50,607 nt of DNA from Malacoraja senta. Its lineage: Eukaryota. This document shows, one piece after another, positions 23,385-34,040 of the stretch. Numbering within the stretch: the first letter of the stretch is position 1; every line of letters starts with the position of its first letter. The notes under the pieces are model-generated. The model was not told the DNA's origin. It ran no database searches and saw nothing but the letters and a program-made list of their open reading frames with translations. A program made the position numbers and the translations under genes. The stretch is taken from contig CM075990.1 in NCBI GenBank assembly GCA_038087875.1, positions 12,028,001-12,078,607 of the forward strand, read 5' to 3'.

Positions 23385-23709
23385 TGTTCCCGATGTTGGG
23401 GGAGTCCAGAACCAGGGGCCACTGTTTAAGAATAAGGAGTAAGCCATTTAGAACGGAGACGAGGAAACACTTTTTCTCACAGAGAGTGGTGAGTCTGTGG
23501 AATTCTCTGCCTCAGAGGGCGGTGGAGGCGGGTTCTCTGGATGCTTTCAAGAGAGAGCTAGATAGGGCTCTTAAAAATAGCGGAGTCAGGCGATATGGGG
23601 AGAAGGCAGGAACGGGGTACTGATTGGGGATGATCAGCCATGATCACATTGAATGGCGGTGCTGGCTCGAAGGGCCGAATGGCCTACTCCTGCACCTATT
23701 GTCTATTGT
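23385..23709 (+). mobile_element. CR1/HER1 3' end nested in Rex1
   Basis: SRTRGHCLRIRSKPFRTETRKHFFSQRVVSLWNSLP. Confidence 0.9.
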
Positions 23710-23796
23710 CTCCCATCAGGCAAGAGGTACAGAAGTGTGAAAACGCACACCTCCAGATTCGGGGACAGTTTCTTCCCAGCTATTGTCGGGCAACTA

Positions 23797-23987
23797 AACC
23801 ATCCTCTCACCAACCATCCTATCACCAACCACCAACCAAACCATCCTATCACCAACCATCCTATCACCAACCACCAACCAAACCATCCTATCACCAACCA
23901 TCCTATCACCAACACAACCATCCTATCACCAACCACCAACCAAACCATCCTGTCACCAACCACCAACACAACCATCCTATCACCAAC
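23797..23987 (+). repeat. Compound minisatellite (AACCATCCTATCACC / AACCACCAACCA)
   Basis: Directly visible tandem units. Confidence 0.9.
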
Positions 23988-24075
23988 CTGACCTCCTATC
24001 CACCCCATTGGAGACCTTTGACCTATCGTTAATACGACTTTTACTGGAGTTTATTTCGCACTGTTATACCCTTCA

Positions 24076-24278
24076 TGGAGTTTGTACATTTTCCCCGTGA
24101 CCTACGTGGGGTTTCTCCGGTTTCCTCCCACACTCCAACGCCAAACAGGTTCGTAGGTTAATTGGCTGGGTAAAATGTTAAATTGTCCCTGGTGTGTATA
24201 GAATAGTGTCAGTGTGTGGGAGTGATCGCTGGTCGGCGCGGACTCTGTGGGCCGAATTGCCTGTATCTCTAAACTAAA
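24076..24278 (+). mobile_element. HE1 SINE, 5'-truncated
   Basis: GGAGTTTGTACATTTTCCCCGTGACC...TCTCTAAACTAAA. Confidence 0.8.
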
Positions 24279-25041
24279 CACTGGGTGAATTGGTCAGACA
24301 AAAAACTAGATGATTCTTCGTGTAGTGAAGGAGGGAGTTGGTCAAAGGCTGGGAGGGGGTTGAGAACAAGCCACCATCTATCTCCCTGGCTGACAGTAGG
24401 CTCGGAGTGGTGGTCTACTACTGAACCAATTTGTTGTGTGTTCAGTGGAGGGCTTCCTTGTCTCATGCACATCAAACTTGAGAAATTAGGCGTTTAAATT
24501 TAAGTCTGAATCTGAATAATGTGGTCCAATGCTATTTGACTATCCCATTTAAAATCTGTAGACTATTTTGTATTCCCCCTTGAAGGTAGGTGTGTGTGTG
24601 TGTGTGACAACTAAATAGAGAGGACAAACTGCAGGTGTGATATGCCTTCATATGATGTTAACTACTTTTGAGTATATGCGTTGTCTCATGTACATTCAGC
24701 TATTTATTATTAGAAGTGTTAAATTAGCATGAACTCCTTTTTCTGAAAGTTTATTCCTTTCCTTGACTATCCTTGGGGGAGAAAATATGACTTTCATTGC
24801 CCGAGGCTAGTTAATTTTGTGTGAGTTTCTCCAATTCCCTGATTGTAGTTTGCAGTAACCTATTACATCTGTCACTCCTGACTTGCAGCCATTAAGTTGT
24901 TATTTTTTTAGATGAGGTTTCAATTAAATCGGATCCTCCAGCCCATTTGGTCTCTCACTTCCAGACTTGGTGTATTCCATTGTAATTGTTCCATTTGAAC
25001 ATTGATGTGATGAGGCTGCAGCTTGTTGTCTCTTCCTAAAA

Positions 25042-25131
25042 AGAAGAAGGGTTTCGGCCCGAAACATTGCTATTTCCTTCGCGCCATGGATGCTGCTGCA
25101 CCCCTGAGTTTCTCCAGCATTTTTGTGTACC
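25042..25131 (+). mobile_element. Penelope-like unit, subfamily 2
   Basis: GAAGAAGGGTTTCGGCCCGAAACATTGC. Confidence 0.7.
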
Positions 25132-25213
25132 TGTCTCTTCCTAAAGCCTGTTGGCTTGATTGTGTGTTGGAGTCTTACTGATGTTATGTCACCCTTTGTG
25201 TATCGTATGTGTA

Positions 25214-25620
25214 TTAGTTTTGTTTATTGTCACGTGTGCCGAGGTGCAGTGAAAAGCTTTTGTTGCGTGCTAACCAGTCAGTGGAAAGACTTGATGACAA
25301 TCAAGCCATCCACAGTGTGGCCTTACAGCGCCAAAGACCCGGCCTCTATCCCGACTACGGGTGCTTGTCTGTACGGAGTTCGCACGATCTCCCCGTGGGT
25401 TTTCTCCACTGTTTCCTCCACACTCCAAAGGACGTCCAGGTTTGTGGGTTAATCATCTTGGTATAAATGTCCCTAGTGTGTGTAGGATAGTGTTAATGTG
25501 CGGGGATCGCTGGTTGGCCTGGGCTCGGTGGGCCGAAGGGCCTGTTTCTGCACTGTATCTCCAAATTAAACTAAATATGATAAAGGGAATAATTTGAATA
25601 ACGTTTAGTGTGAATAACGT
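25214..25620 (-). mobile_element. Rex1/Babar 3' UTR split by an HE1 SINE
   Basis: TTTATTGTCACGTGTGCCGAGG...; resumes at ATGATAAAGGGAATA. Confidence 0.65.
25318..25575 (+). mobile_element. HE1-type V-SINE
   Basis: GCCTTACAGCGCC...TGTATCTCCAAATTAAACTAAA. Confidence 0.85.
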
Positions 25621-25835
25621 TGAACCCCGCATCTGTAGTTTACGGTGGGCACATAACATTAATGTACAATACGTGGCCCTTCAATATCAGTCTTCGGAAT
25701 GAAATGCCTGCATCTTGTTTCCCTGGCTTTAAAGTTCCATGGCATTGTTTCAGAGGAGGATTATTTCTCCCTAATGTTCTGCCCAGCTTGTTGCCCTTGA
25801 TCAGTGTTACTACGATGGATGAGCTGGCCGTTACT

Positions 25836-26142
25836 GTTTAGTTTAGAGATACAGCGCGGGGTAACAGGCCCTTCGGCCCACCGAGTCCGCACCGTCCAGC
25901 GATCCCCGCACATTAACACTATCCTGCACGCGCACTGGGAACAATGTTTACATTTATACCAAGTCAATTAACCTACAACCTGTACATCATTGATCTCGAA
26001 GATCTCGGAGAAAACCCACGCGGGCACAGGGAGATCGTACAAACTCCGTACAGACAGCACCCGTGGTCGGGATTGAACCCCGGTCTCTGGCGCTGTAAGT
26101 GCTGTGAGGCAGCAACTCTACCGCTGCGCCACCATGCTGCCC
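25836..26142 (-). mobile_element. HE1-type V-SINE
   Basis: Near full length. Confidence 0.88.
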
Positions 26143-26206
26143 AAACAGCTCACTGGTACATGGTTCCCATGTTACAACAGTGACTCCACTGAACATTGGT
26201 TTGTTG

Positions 26207-26346
26207 GTGTAGGAAGGAACTGCAGGTGCTGGTTTAAACCGAAGATAGACACAAAATGCTGGAGTGACTCAGCGGGACAGGCAGCATCTCTGGAGAGAAG
26301 GAATGGGTGACGTTTCGGGTCGAGACCCCTCTTCAGACTGAAGAGG
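26207..26346 (-). mobile_element. Penelope-like unit with intact hammerhead core (26309-26336)
   Basis: Minus strand CTGAAGA G GGGT CTCG ACCC GAAAC GTC; followed by an inverted CTGAAGAGG stub. Confidence 0.8.
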
Positions 26347-26861
26347 TCTGACTCCAGCTGCTGTGTGGAGCTTACATGGTCTCTGTGATCGCCGGGCTGC
26401 TCCACTTTCCCCCCACATCTAAATGTGTGATGGATGCAAATCGTTCCTCAGATATGGAGCCCAAAATAGCTCGCAATACTCCAAATGTGGCCTGACCAGT
26501 GCCTGATAGAGCCTCGGCATTCTAATCAGAATTAAATGTAGATAAATTCAGTTCAATCCAGTGCTGAGCCACAGGAAAACATTGGAGCTGGCTGCAGCCA
26601 TAATTTGATCATGTGTTTCAAGGTCGCAGTCACACCGAGTCACAAAGTGATTGTATGAATTGAACAGACCATTCGGCCCATCATGTATGTGCTGTGCACC
26701 AAGTTCAGCCGGCTGAAACTCACTCACCTGCCTAGAGTAGGAGGAGATAGATGCGATGGTGTATGTATGACAACACCTTAATAAATCTGGTAATTAAATT
26801 GTTGAGTGGGTCATTAGGTTGAGAAATGTATTCAAGATTTTACTAAAGATTAACAATGGTG

Positions 26862-27100
26862 GTGAACAGGTGGTGGATGTGTGGAATTAATTGCCACAGA
26901 AGGCTGTGGATGCAACGTCAATGGATGTTTTCTCGGGGGAGATTAACCGATTCTTGCTCAGTACGGGTGTCGGGGGTTATGGGGAGAAGGCAGGAGACTA
27001 GAGTTGAGAGGGAAAGATAGATCACCCATGATTGAATGGCGCGATAGACTTGATGGGTAAAATGGCCTAATTCTGCTCATAGAATTTATGGACTTATGAA
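26862..27100 (+). mobile_element. CR1 LINE 3' end
   Basis: GTGGAATTAATTGCCACAGAAGGCTGTGGA. Confidence 0.75.
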
Positions 27101-27147
27101 CAGTGAAAAGGCCATGAGATGAATCCAAATATATAAACTCCAATGTG

Positions 27148-27538
27148 TAGAAACATGGAAACATAGAAAATAGGCGCAGGAAGAGGCCATTCGGCCCTTC
27201 GAGCCAGCACCACCATACATTGTGATCATGGCTGATCGTCCCCAATCAATAACCCGTGCCTGCCTTCTCCCCATATCCCTTGATTCCACTAGCCCCTAGA
27301 GCTCTATCTAACTCCCTCTTAAATCCATCCAGTGACTTGGCCTCCACTGCCCTCTGTGGCAGGGAATTCCACGAATTCACAACTCTCTGGGTGAAAAAGT
27401 TTTTGCTCACCTCAGTCTTAAATGACCTCCCTTTACTCTAAGACTGTGTGGCCCCTGGTTCTGGACTCGCCCAACATTGGGAACATTTTTCCTGCATCTA
27501 GCTTGTCCAGTCCTTTTATATTTTATATGTTTCTGTAA
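27148..27538 (-). mobile_element. CR1/HER1 LINE 3' end
   Basis: AGGCCATTCGGCCCTTCGAGCC...GGCCCCTGGTTCTGGACTC. Confidence 0.87.
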
Positions 27539-28061
27539 GTTAATAGTGGAAATATAGCAACTGTCAATATATTGTGATAAAGGAAATTGATTTGGTAACG
27601 GGATAGAGGGAAATGTATTTAATTTTTGGAATTTGGAGTCTGCAATTGTCGCAGTTGTTTTGGTCATTTCATTCCAAGCATCGAGACTTGTCCGTATTAG
27701 ATGAATCTGTTCATCAAAAGCTCGTTTTTCTTCAGTGAGACTGAGACTCTATATTTGAAAAAAAAAAGAGACTTTTACTTCATATGTCTGCCCAGTTTGA
27801 AGTTTAAATATCAAGCGATAATATTTGCTGGGATTTAATATGAAATCCAAATGTACACTCATTCTGCTGCTGGGCAGGAGTTCCAGGATATAGAGCTGCT
27901 GCCAATGATGAAGAAACAGCGGTGTGCCTTCAAGCCCAGATTATATGTGACTCAGAGCGGATGTTGGCGGTAGTTCTGTTTGCATGCAGCTATAACTCTC
28001 TTTGGGTGGGTGTTATGGCTTGGCTGGTGAGCTCCAAGAAGCCTCAGGGATTTTCCGAAGT

Positions 28062-28184
28062 TATAGGAGAAGAATAAGGCCATTCGGCCCATCAAGACTA
28101 CTCCACAATCCAATCATGGCTGGTCTATCTTTCCCTCTGAACTCCTGACTCTCGCCTTAACCCCTAACACCCGTACTAATTAAG
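28062..28184 (-). mobile_element. CR1 tail
   Basis: GGCCATTCGGCCCATCAAGACTACTCC. Confidence 0.7.
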
Positions 28185-28274
28185 ATTTTCTGCCACGAAT
28201 CTCGGGCTGACTGGTGGGACCGAACATTTCTGGTGATGGGGGTGGGGGGATTTACCAAGTGGGTTTTATTATCT

Positions 28275-28410
28275 AGATAAACACAAAATGCTGGAGTAAC
28301 TCAGCGGGTCAGACAGCATCTCTGGAGAAAAGGAACAGGTGATGTTTCAGGTGGGAACCCTTCTTCACTCTCGAGGGTTATGACCCGAAACTTCACTGAT
28401 TCTTTCACCG
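28275..28410. mobile_element. Penelope-like unit with a short inverted piece
   Basis: Minus arm followed by GGGTTATGACCCGAAAC. Confidence 0.68.
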
Positions 28411-28442
28411 AAGGTTCGGAGCCCTTCTTTATGCTAAAGAAG

Positions 28443-28692
28443 ACCCACTGAGTCCGCACCGACCAGCAACCCACGCACATTAAAGCTATCCTACACACAC
28501 CAGGGACAATTTACAATTACACCAAGCCAATTAACCTACAAACCTGTATGTCTTTGGAGTGTGGGAGGAAACCGGAAATCCCAGAGAAAACCCACGCAGG
28601 TGACAGGGGGAAGGTTCAAACTCAGTACAGACGGCATCCGTAGTGAGGATTGAACCCGGGTCAATGACAGCAACTCTACCGCTGTGCCGCCA
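28443..28692 (-). mobile_element. HE1-type V-SINE
   Basis: Body matches other copies. Confidence 0.82.
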
Positions 28693-28864
28693 TGTGTGAA
28701 TGTGAGGTTTGTCTTCCGCCGTTATCCTTCAATTCTCGTGGCCAAGAAACACAAAATGCCGGAGGAACTGAGCGAGTCAGATAGCATCTGTGGTGGGAAA
28801 TGGTGCCCCAATCAGATCGACCCAGCTAAAGACACACCAACGAACGATAATGTTCACAAAAGCT

Positions 28865-28892
28865 GACGTTTCGGGTCAGGGCCCTTCTTCAG
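28865..28892 (-). ncRNA. Minimal hammerhead motif within a divergent PLE unit (28747-28894)
   Basis: Minus strand CTGAAGA A GGG CCCTGA CCC GAAAC GTC. Confidence 0.6.
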
Positions 28893-29260
28893 ACGGAAGT
28901 TGAACAGGAGATGTTACTCCCTGGTGTCAAACAACAATTGATATTGAGCACCTGCTGAGTTTATAAAAACAAATTATTCAAGTCAATTAATTAATAACTT
29001 GCTGCATGGTTCAAAGGATAAATGGCCTGCTTTTATTATTTGATGAAGTATTGTCACGAGCTTTTAGCAAGCGGTTTCACAGCGAATCAACTGAATGTCA
29101 GCTGGCATATAATCCCAGTAAACTCATTAGCTCTTGCATAATGGCAGACATCTGATCTACTTGGAAGTCACAGCATACATAATGATGCTGCAGTTTCACA
29201 TTGTTCGAGGGATAGTTCCCTTTTGCTTTGAATGTTATGTAAAGAGTGGGGAATGGTTCT

Positions 29261-29620
29261 AGTCTGAAGAAGGGTCCCGACCCAAAACGTCACCTATCCT
29301 TTTTCTCCAGAGATGCTGTCTGATCCGCGAAGTTACTCCAGCATTTTGTGTCTATCTTTGGTATAAAAGGCCTGTCCCACTTTCACGACCTAATTCATGA
29401 CCTCTGCCGAGTTTGCCCTTGAATCATACTCGCAGCATGGTCGTCACGAGGTCGTAGGTAGGGCGTAGCAGGCTGTGATGCTAGTCGTAGGTACTCGTGG
29501 CATCAAGTAGGTCGGGGCGTTTTTCTAGCCTAATGAAAATTGTCCACGAGTAAAGAAGGTTGTGAGTTAGGTCGTGAAAGTGGGACAGGCCTTTAAGCAG
29601 CATTTGCAGTTCCTTCCTAA
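29261..29620 (+). mobile_element. Penelope-like unit interrupted by a MITE
   Basis: AGTCTGAAGAAGGGTCCCGACCCAAAACGTC; tail resumes after 29596. Confidence 0.75.
29367..29593. mobile_element. PIF/Harbinger-type MITE, family A
   Basis: TIR AAGGCCTGTCCCACTTTCACGACCTAA; TAA TSD at 29364-29366 and 29594-29596. Confidence 0.9.
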
Positions 29621-29699
29621 TACATGAAGAATGGTAAATGTCCGTGACATTGAAATACTAGTTGATATTTTAGCGTTGCGATGATATGCAATCTGGCTA

Positions 29700-30445
29700 G
29701 ACACAAGGGCATGGTGCTGTGACTTAGAAGGTCTCTTGTCTCTGAAGCAGTGTTTTGTCCACCTCTGGTGACCAGAGTAATCCAGAGGCTGCTGCCTTTC
29801 AGATAAAACAAAACTGAAGCCATGTTTATGCTGTGGACGCCACACAATGCAAGTATTTTCAAGACCTCGGTGTCCCGGTCAATACTGGTCCCTTGCAGTG
29901 CACCTCGCATCATCTTATAGAGGTGTACAAAATCACAATAGGAATAGATCTGGTAGATGCACAGAATCCCTTGCCCAGAGTAGGGGAATCGAGAACCAGA
30001 GGGCATAGGTTTAAGGTGAGGGGGAAAAGATTTAATAGGAACCTGGCAGGTTATTTTTTCACGCAAAGAGTGGTGGGTGTATCTAACGAGCTGCTGGTAG
30101 AGTAGTTGAGGCTGGGACTAAGGCAGCCTTTTCAGAAACATTTAGACAGGTGCTTGGGTAGGACAGGTTTAGAGGGATATGGGCCAAACACAGGCAGGTG
30201 AGACTAGTGTAGATGGGACATATTGGCCGGTGTTACCAAGTTGGGCTGAAGGGCCTGTTTCCACGGTGTAAGACTCTATGACACCGTGAAGACCGATTAT
30301 CTGCTGGTTACCACATTGCTGCGGGTGTGATCTCGCTGCGTGCAAATTGCCTGTCGCATTTCCTTCATGGCAGCAGAGACAACATACAACATCTCAGCGG
30401 CTTCGGGTTGTCCTGTGGTCATGAAAGGGAAGAATAAACCTGGAG
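29700..30445 (+). mobile_element. Old SacSINE1/DeuSINE-like relic (29700-29890 and 30285-30445) split by CR1
   Basis: GCTGCCTTTCAGAT..., GATTATCTG..CACATTGCTG..GCTGCGTGCAAATTG. Confidence 0.5.
29910..30281 (+). mobile_element. CR1 LINE 3' end
   Basis: LIEVYKI..ESRTRGHRFKVRGKRFNRNL..FFTQRVV. Confidence 0.88.
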
Positions 30446-30449
30446 TTTG

Positions 30450-31007
30450 GTGTAGTTTAGTTTAGAGATACAGCGCAGAAACAAGCCCTTCGTCCCACCA
30501 AGTCCGCATCGACCAGCGATCCCCGCACGTTAAAGGGCCCTGTCCCACTTTCACGAGGTAATTCACGAATTCTCCCGAGTTTACCCCTTGATTCAAACTC
30601 GCAGAATGTTCGTAACGAGGTCGTAGGAGTCTGTAGATATATCGTAGCGGCTCGTTACGCCAGCCGTAGGTACACGTGGCATCAGGTAAGTCGGGACGTT
30701 TTTTCCAGCCCGATAAAAAATGTCCACGAGTAAAAAAACGGTCGGGATGAAAGAATTAAGTTGTGAAAGTGGGACAGGCCCTGAACGCCACCCACACGAG
30801 GTACAATTTGCATTTATACCAACCCAATTAACTTACAAACCTGCACGTCTTTGGAGGGTGGGAGGAAACCGAAGGTCTCGGAGAAAACCCACGCGGTCAC
30901 GGGGAGAACGTACAAACTCCGTACAGACAGCAGCCGTAGTCTGGATCGAACCCGGGTCTGCAAGCGCTGTAAGGCAGCAACTCTACCGCTGTGCCACCGT
31001 GCCGCCC
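30450..31007 (-). mobile_element. HE1 SINE interrupted by a MITE
   Basis: Collinear with the consensus once 30534-30782 is removed. Confidence 0.85.
30534..30782. mobile_element. PIF/Harbinger-type MITE (family C-related)
   Basis: TIR AGGGCCCTGTCCCACTTTCAC / GTGAAAGTGGGACAGGCCCT; flanks TAA/GAA. Confidence 0.87.
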
Positions 31008-31480
31008 TTAATCTGATACAGTGCAGAATTGTATCGTGAGGCGAACCGTCAAAGAGTCTGCTGCCAGGAATGAATTATAAATAATAATTTAGATACTATT
31101 TACATATATAAATATGCAAGCCATATTGCATGGTAGGTGACAATCTTTTGTTTCATTTGAGCCTCATTGAATCTGGTTATTGTTGACGTGAAATATGTAA
31201 TGTCTTTGCCATGATGTGAATGCTGAGATCTGTTCTACCATCTGTGCTGGGGATATTGTACAAAAGTCTGATTGCTTTATTCACCTTCCCCTCCTCAAAA
31301 TGAACGTGTCTCATTTGCCGGGATCCACTCCCACTGACCCCTTTGAAATCCCACTTCAAACACGCATCGAGCGTCAGAAGGCAGCTGACTTTGAAGAAAA
31401 GCTATTGCAATTAAGGATGCACGGGTGCAAAAGGATTGATTCAATTTCCTCCAGCAGCTGTGGTTTGAGGAGGAAGGAAA

Positions 31481-31610
31481 GTCTGAAGAAGGGTCTCGAC
31501 CCGAAACGTCACCCATTCCTTCTCTCCAGAGATGCTGCCTGTCCCGCCGAGTTACTCCAGCATTTTGTGTCTACCTTCGATTTAAACCAGCATCTGCAGT
31601 TCTTTCCTAC
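31481..31610 (+). mobile_element. Penelope-like unit, consensus-like
   Basis: Complete unit with tail. Confidence 0.8.
31483..31510 (+). ncRNA. Minimal type I hammerhead ribozyme motif; predicted cleavage after GTC at 31510
   Basis: CTGAAGA A GGGT CTCG ACCC GAAAC GTC. Confidence 0.72.
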
Positions 31611-31989
31611 TGCAGTATATTCTGTATTCTGTACCTTCCCCTTTGCTCTGCCTTTGTACTGGAGTTTGACTTGATTGTATTGATGTATAGCATAATTTGA
31701 TCTGATTAGATAGTAATGCTTTTCACTGTACTTTGGCACGTGTCACTAGTAAACCTGGAGCTAAAACTAAATTGTATTGAATAATTACATTTGTTAAATA
31801 TTGCAAGCTTTAAAAAAAAGAGCTATTATTGGTTAAAGGTTGACAACCTGTAAACAAAGCACTGGAGTCCTGTCACAACAGCAGAATAGAGAAGCAGTGG
31901 GATTTATTTTTACGCTTGGATAAAACCATCATAATGCTACACTGGAAGCACTGTGAACGGTTCTGGCTTCCATGTTATGAGGAAGATTC

Positions 31990-32746
31990 ATGATTCAAGA
32001 GAGTTTACTGTCATGTGTCCCAGATAGGACAATGCAATTCTTAAAGGCCTGTCTCACGAGTCTGCGGTCATTGGCGGCGAAACGGGAAGAATCTACCGCT
32101 CCTGGACCGCCAGAGACCGCGGACTCGGTCAAACGCACAATTCCGGGGCCGTGCGGCGTTGTTCCCAACACCGCACGGTGCTAAAAAAAAAATCAACACT
32201 GTCCAAAAATATGTTCTTACCGCACAGCCGCCGCCAGTGAGGCACGAGTGCGGCACGGTCACCGCCACAGCCGCCGCCAGTGCGGCACGAGCGCCGTGCG
32301 TCGACCTTGCACCGCCACAGCCTCCGCCAGTGAGGCACGGTCACCGCCACAGCCTCCGCGATCCGAAAGACGTCATCGCGTAGCGCGTCGCGTTGTGCGA
32401 TGACGTCATCACCCGACGCCGCAAGCTCGTGGAACCGGCCGTACTCGGCCCCCGCGCAGCAGCCGTGCGGCGCTCTCGTGGTTGCCGTGCGGTCCCCTCT
32501 TCCGGCGACGCCGCGCTTCACCGCCAATGACCGCAAACCCGGGGGACAGAGCCATTTCTTTGCTTCAGCACAACAGAATATAGTAGGCATGAATACAGAA
32601 CAGATCAGTGTGTCCATATACCATTATATAAATATATACACACATCAATAAATAAACAGATAAGGTGCAAATAAACAGATAATGGTCTATTAATGTTCAG
32701 AGTTTTGTTTCATTTGAGTTTAATAGCCTGATGGCTGTTGGGAAGG
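31990..32746 (-). mobile_element. Rex1/Babar 3' end, family B, interrupted by a GC-rich MITE
   Basis: Collinear with 36400-36645 once the MITE is removed. Confidence 0.78.
32044..32554. mobile_element. GC-rich Harbinger-like MITE, family F
   Basis: Imperfect TIR AAGGCCTGTC..GCGGTCATTGGCGG / CCGCCAATGACCGC..GACAGAGCCA; flanks TTA/TTT; second copy at 47757. Confidence 0.82.
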
Positions 32747-32775
32747 TCCTGAGATCCAGAGTACTGGGCTAATTA

Positions 32776-33080
32776 TTTTAGTTTATAGAAATACAGCACG
32801 GAAGCAGGCCCTTCGGCCCACCGAGTCCGCACCGACCAGCGATCCCCGCACATTAACACTACCCCACACGCACAAGGGACAATTTACAATTTTACCAAGC
32901 CAATTAACCTACAAGCCTGTACTCCTTTGGAGTGTGGGAGGAAAGCGCAGATCTCGGAGGAAGCCCACATGGGTCACGGGAAGAACGTACAAACTCCGTA
33001 CAGACAGCACCCGTAGTCAGGATCGAACCCGGGTCTTTGGCGTTGTAAGGCAGCAATTCTACCGCTGCGACACAGTGCAG
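32776..33080 (-). mobile_element. HE1-type V-SINE
   Basis: Near full length. Confidence 0.88.
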
Positions 33081-33749
33081 CCTTAGCTTTTAAAATGGCT
33101 TTGTAAAGAGCACAAAGTGAAAAAGTTGCTGAATTTGTGTATATTTGATGATGTTTGCATGCCCTGCACAGTGCAATGATATCACCATCATTATCTATTT
33201 CCATAGTCTCTGCCACTGGACCAGTTTATTTGTTGATGTTTATTCAATGGCCCGTGGCCATGTTCTCCAAATGCTGTGATAGTATTTGAATTTGTACGCC
33301 GAGACCCTCAGCTAGAGTCTCTGGTTTGCTCATCCAACAACCTAACTAGTACCGCAGGTGATGGGTCACAGCAAACATTGTTTTCATTTCCAATAGCAAT
33401 TGTTTCCCATTGACCCAACACAAAGTGTCGGAGTGACTCGGAAGGTCAGGTATCAGTTGAGGGCTTGGATGCGTGACATTTTGGGTCGGGAGCCTTCTAC
33501 GGACCTCTTGTGTTCAATGCAAGATTCCAGTCTGTGTTTTCCATTGCCGCCCAGAGATCCTTTGTGTGGGAGTTTTATTTGTGTGACACTTGACGTGTCG
33601 ACATCCCTGGGTGTCAGCTGTAGTTCAAAGAGAGAGACAATTGTGCTAAGATTTCGGAGAGCCATAGGGAAAGGTTCTTGTCCAGGAACTCGGGTTCACA
33701 ATGCTTGTGCGAGAATACAGCACAGTTTTGATGCCCTTTTGGACGAGTT

Positions 33750-34038
33750 CTGCAGCGGCAAAATTGCTGCCTCACAGCGCCAAAGACCCGGGTGGGATCC
33801 CGACTACTGCCGTTGTCTGTACGGAGTTTCTGCATTCTCCCTGTGACCTCGTGGGTTTTCTCCAGGTGCTCCAGTTTCTCCCACATTCCAAAGACGTGCA
33901 GATTTGTAGATTAATTGGATTCTGTAAATTTTCTCTCGTGTGTAGGATAGAACTAAAATGCTGGTCGGCGAGGACTCGGTGGGCCGAAGGGCCTGCTTCC
34001 ACATTGCGTCTCTGAATTAAACTAAATTCAAAACTAAA
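33750..34038 (+). mobile_element. HE1-type V-SINE
   Basis: Head and tail present. Confidence 0.85.
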
Positions 34039-34040
34039 TG

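Larger units (their letters stand above)
23205..24075 (+). mobile_element. Rex1/Babar LINE C-terminus plus 3' UTR, interrupted by CR1 and a minisatellite
   Basis: QDRKRLPRMVDVAQTITQTNLP, IIKDQSHP, LPSGKRYRSVKTHTSRFGDSFFPA. Confidence 0.85.

Noticed and set aside
23640-24032. Repetitive ORFs (QPSYH / NHPIT / VIGWL)
   Set aside because: They are translations of a minisatellite within a LINE remnant
31216-31674. 152-aa ORF
   Set aside because: The C-terminal third is the PLE unit (the recurring KKGLDPKRHPF peptide); no homology recognised
32129-32651. GC-rich ORFs or a host promoter CpG island
   Set aside because: They lie within a TIR-bounded MITE present twice in the window
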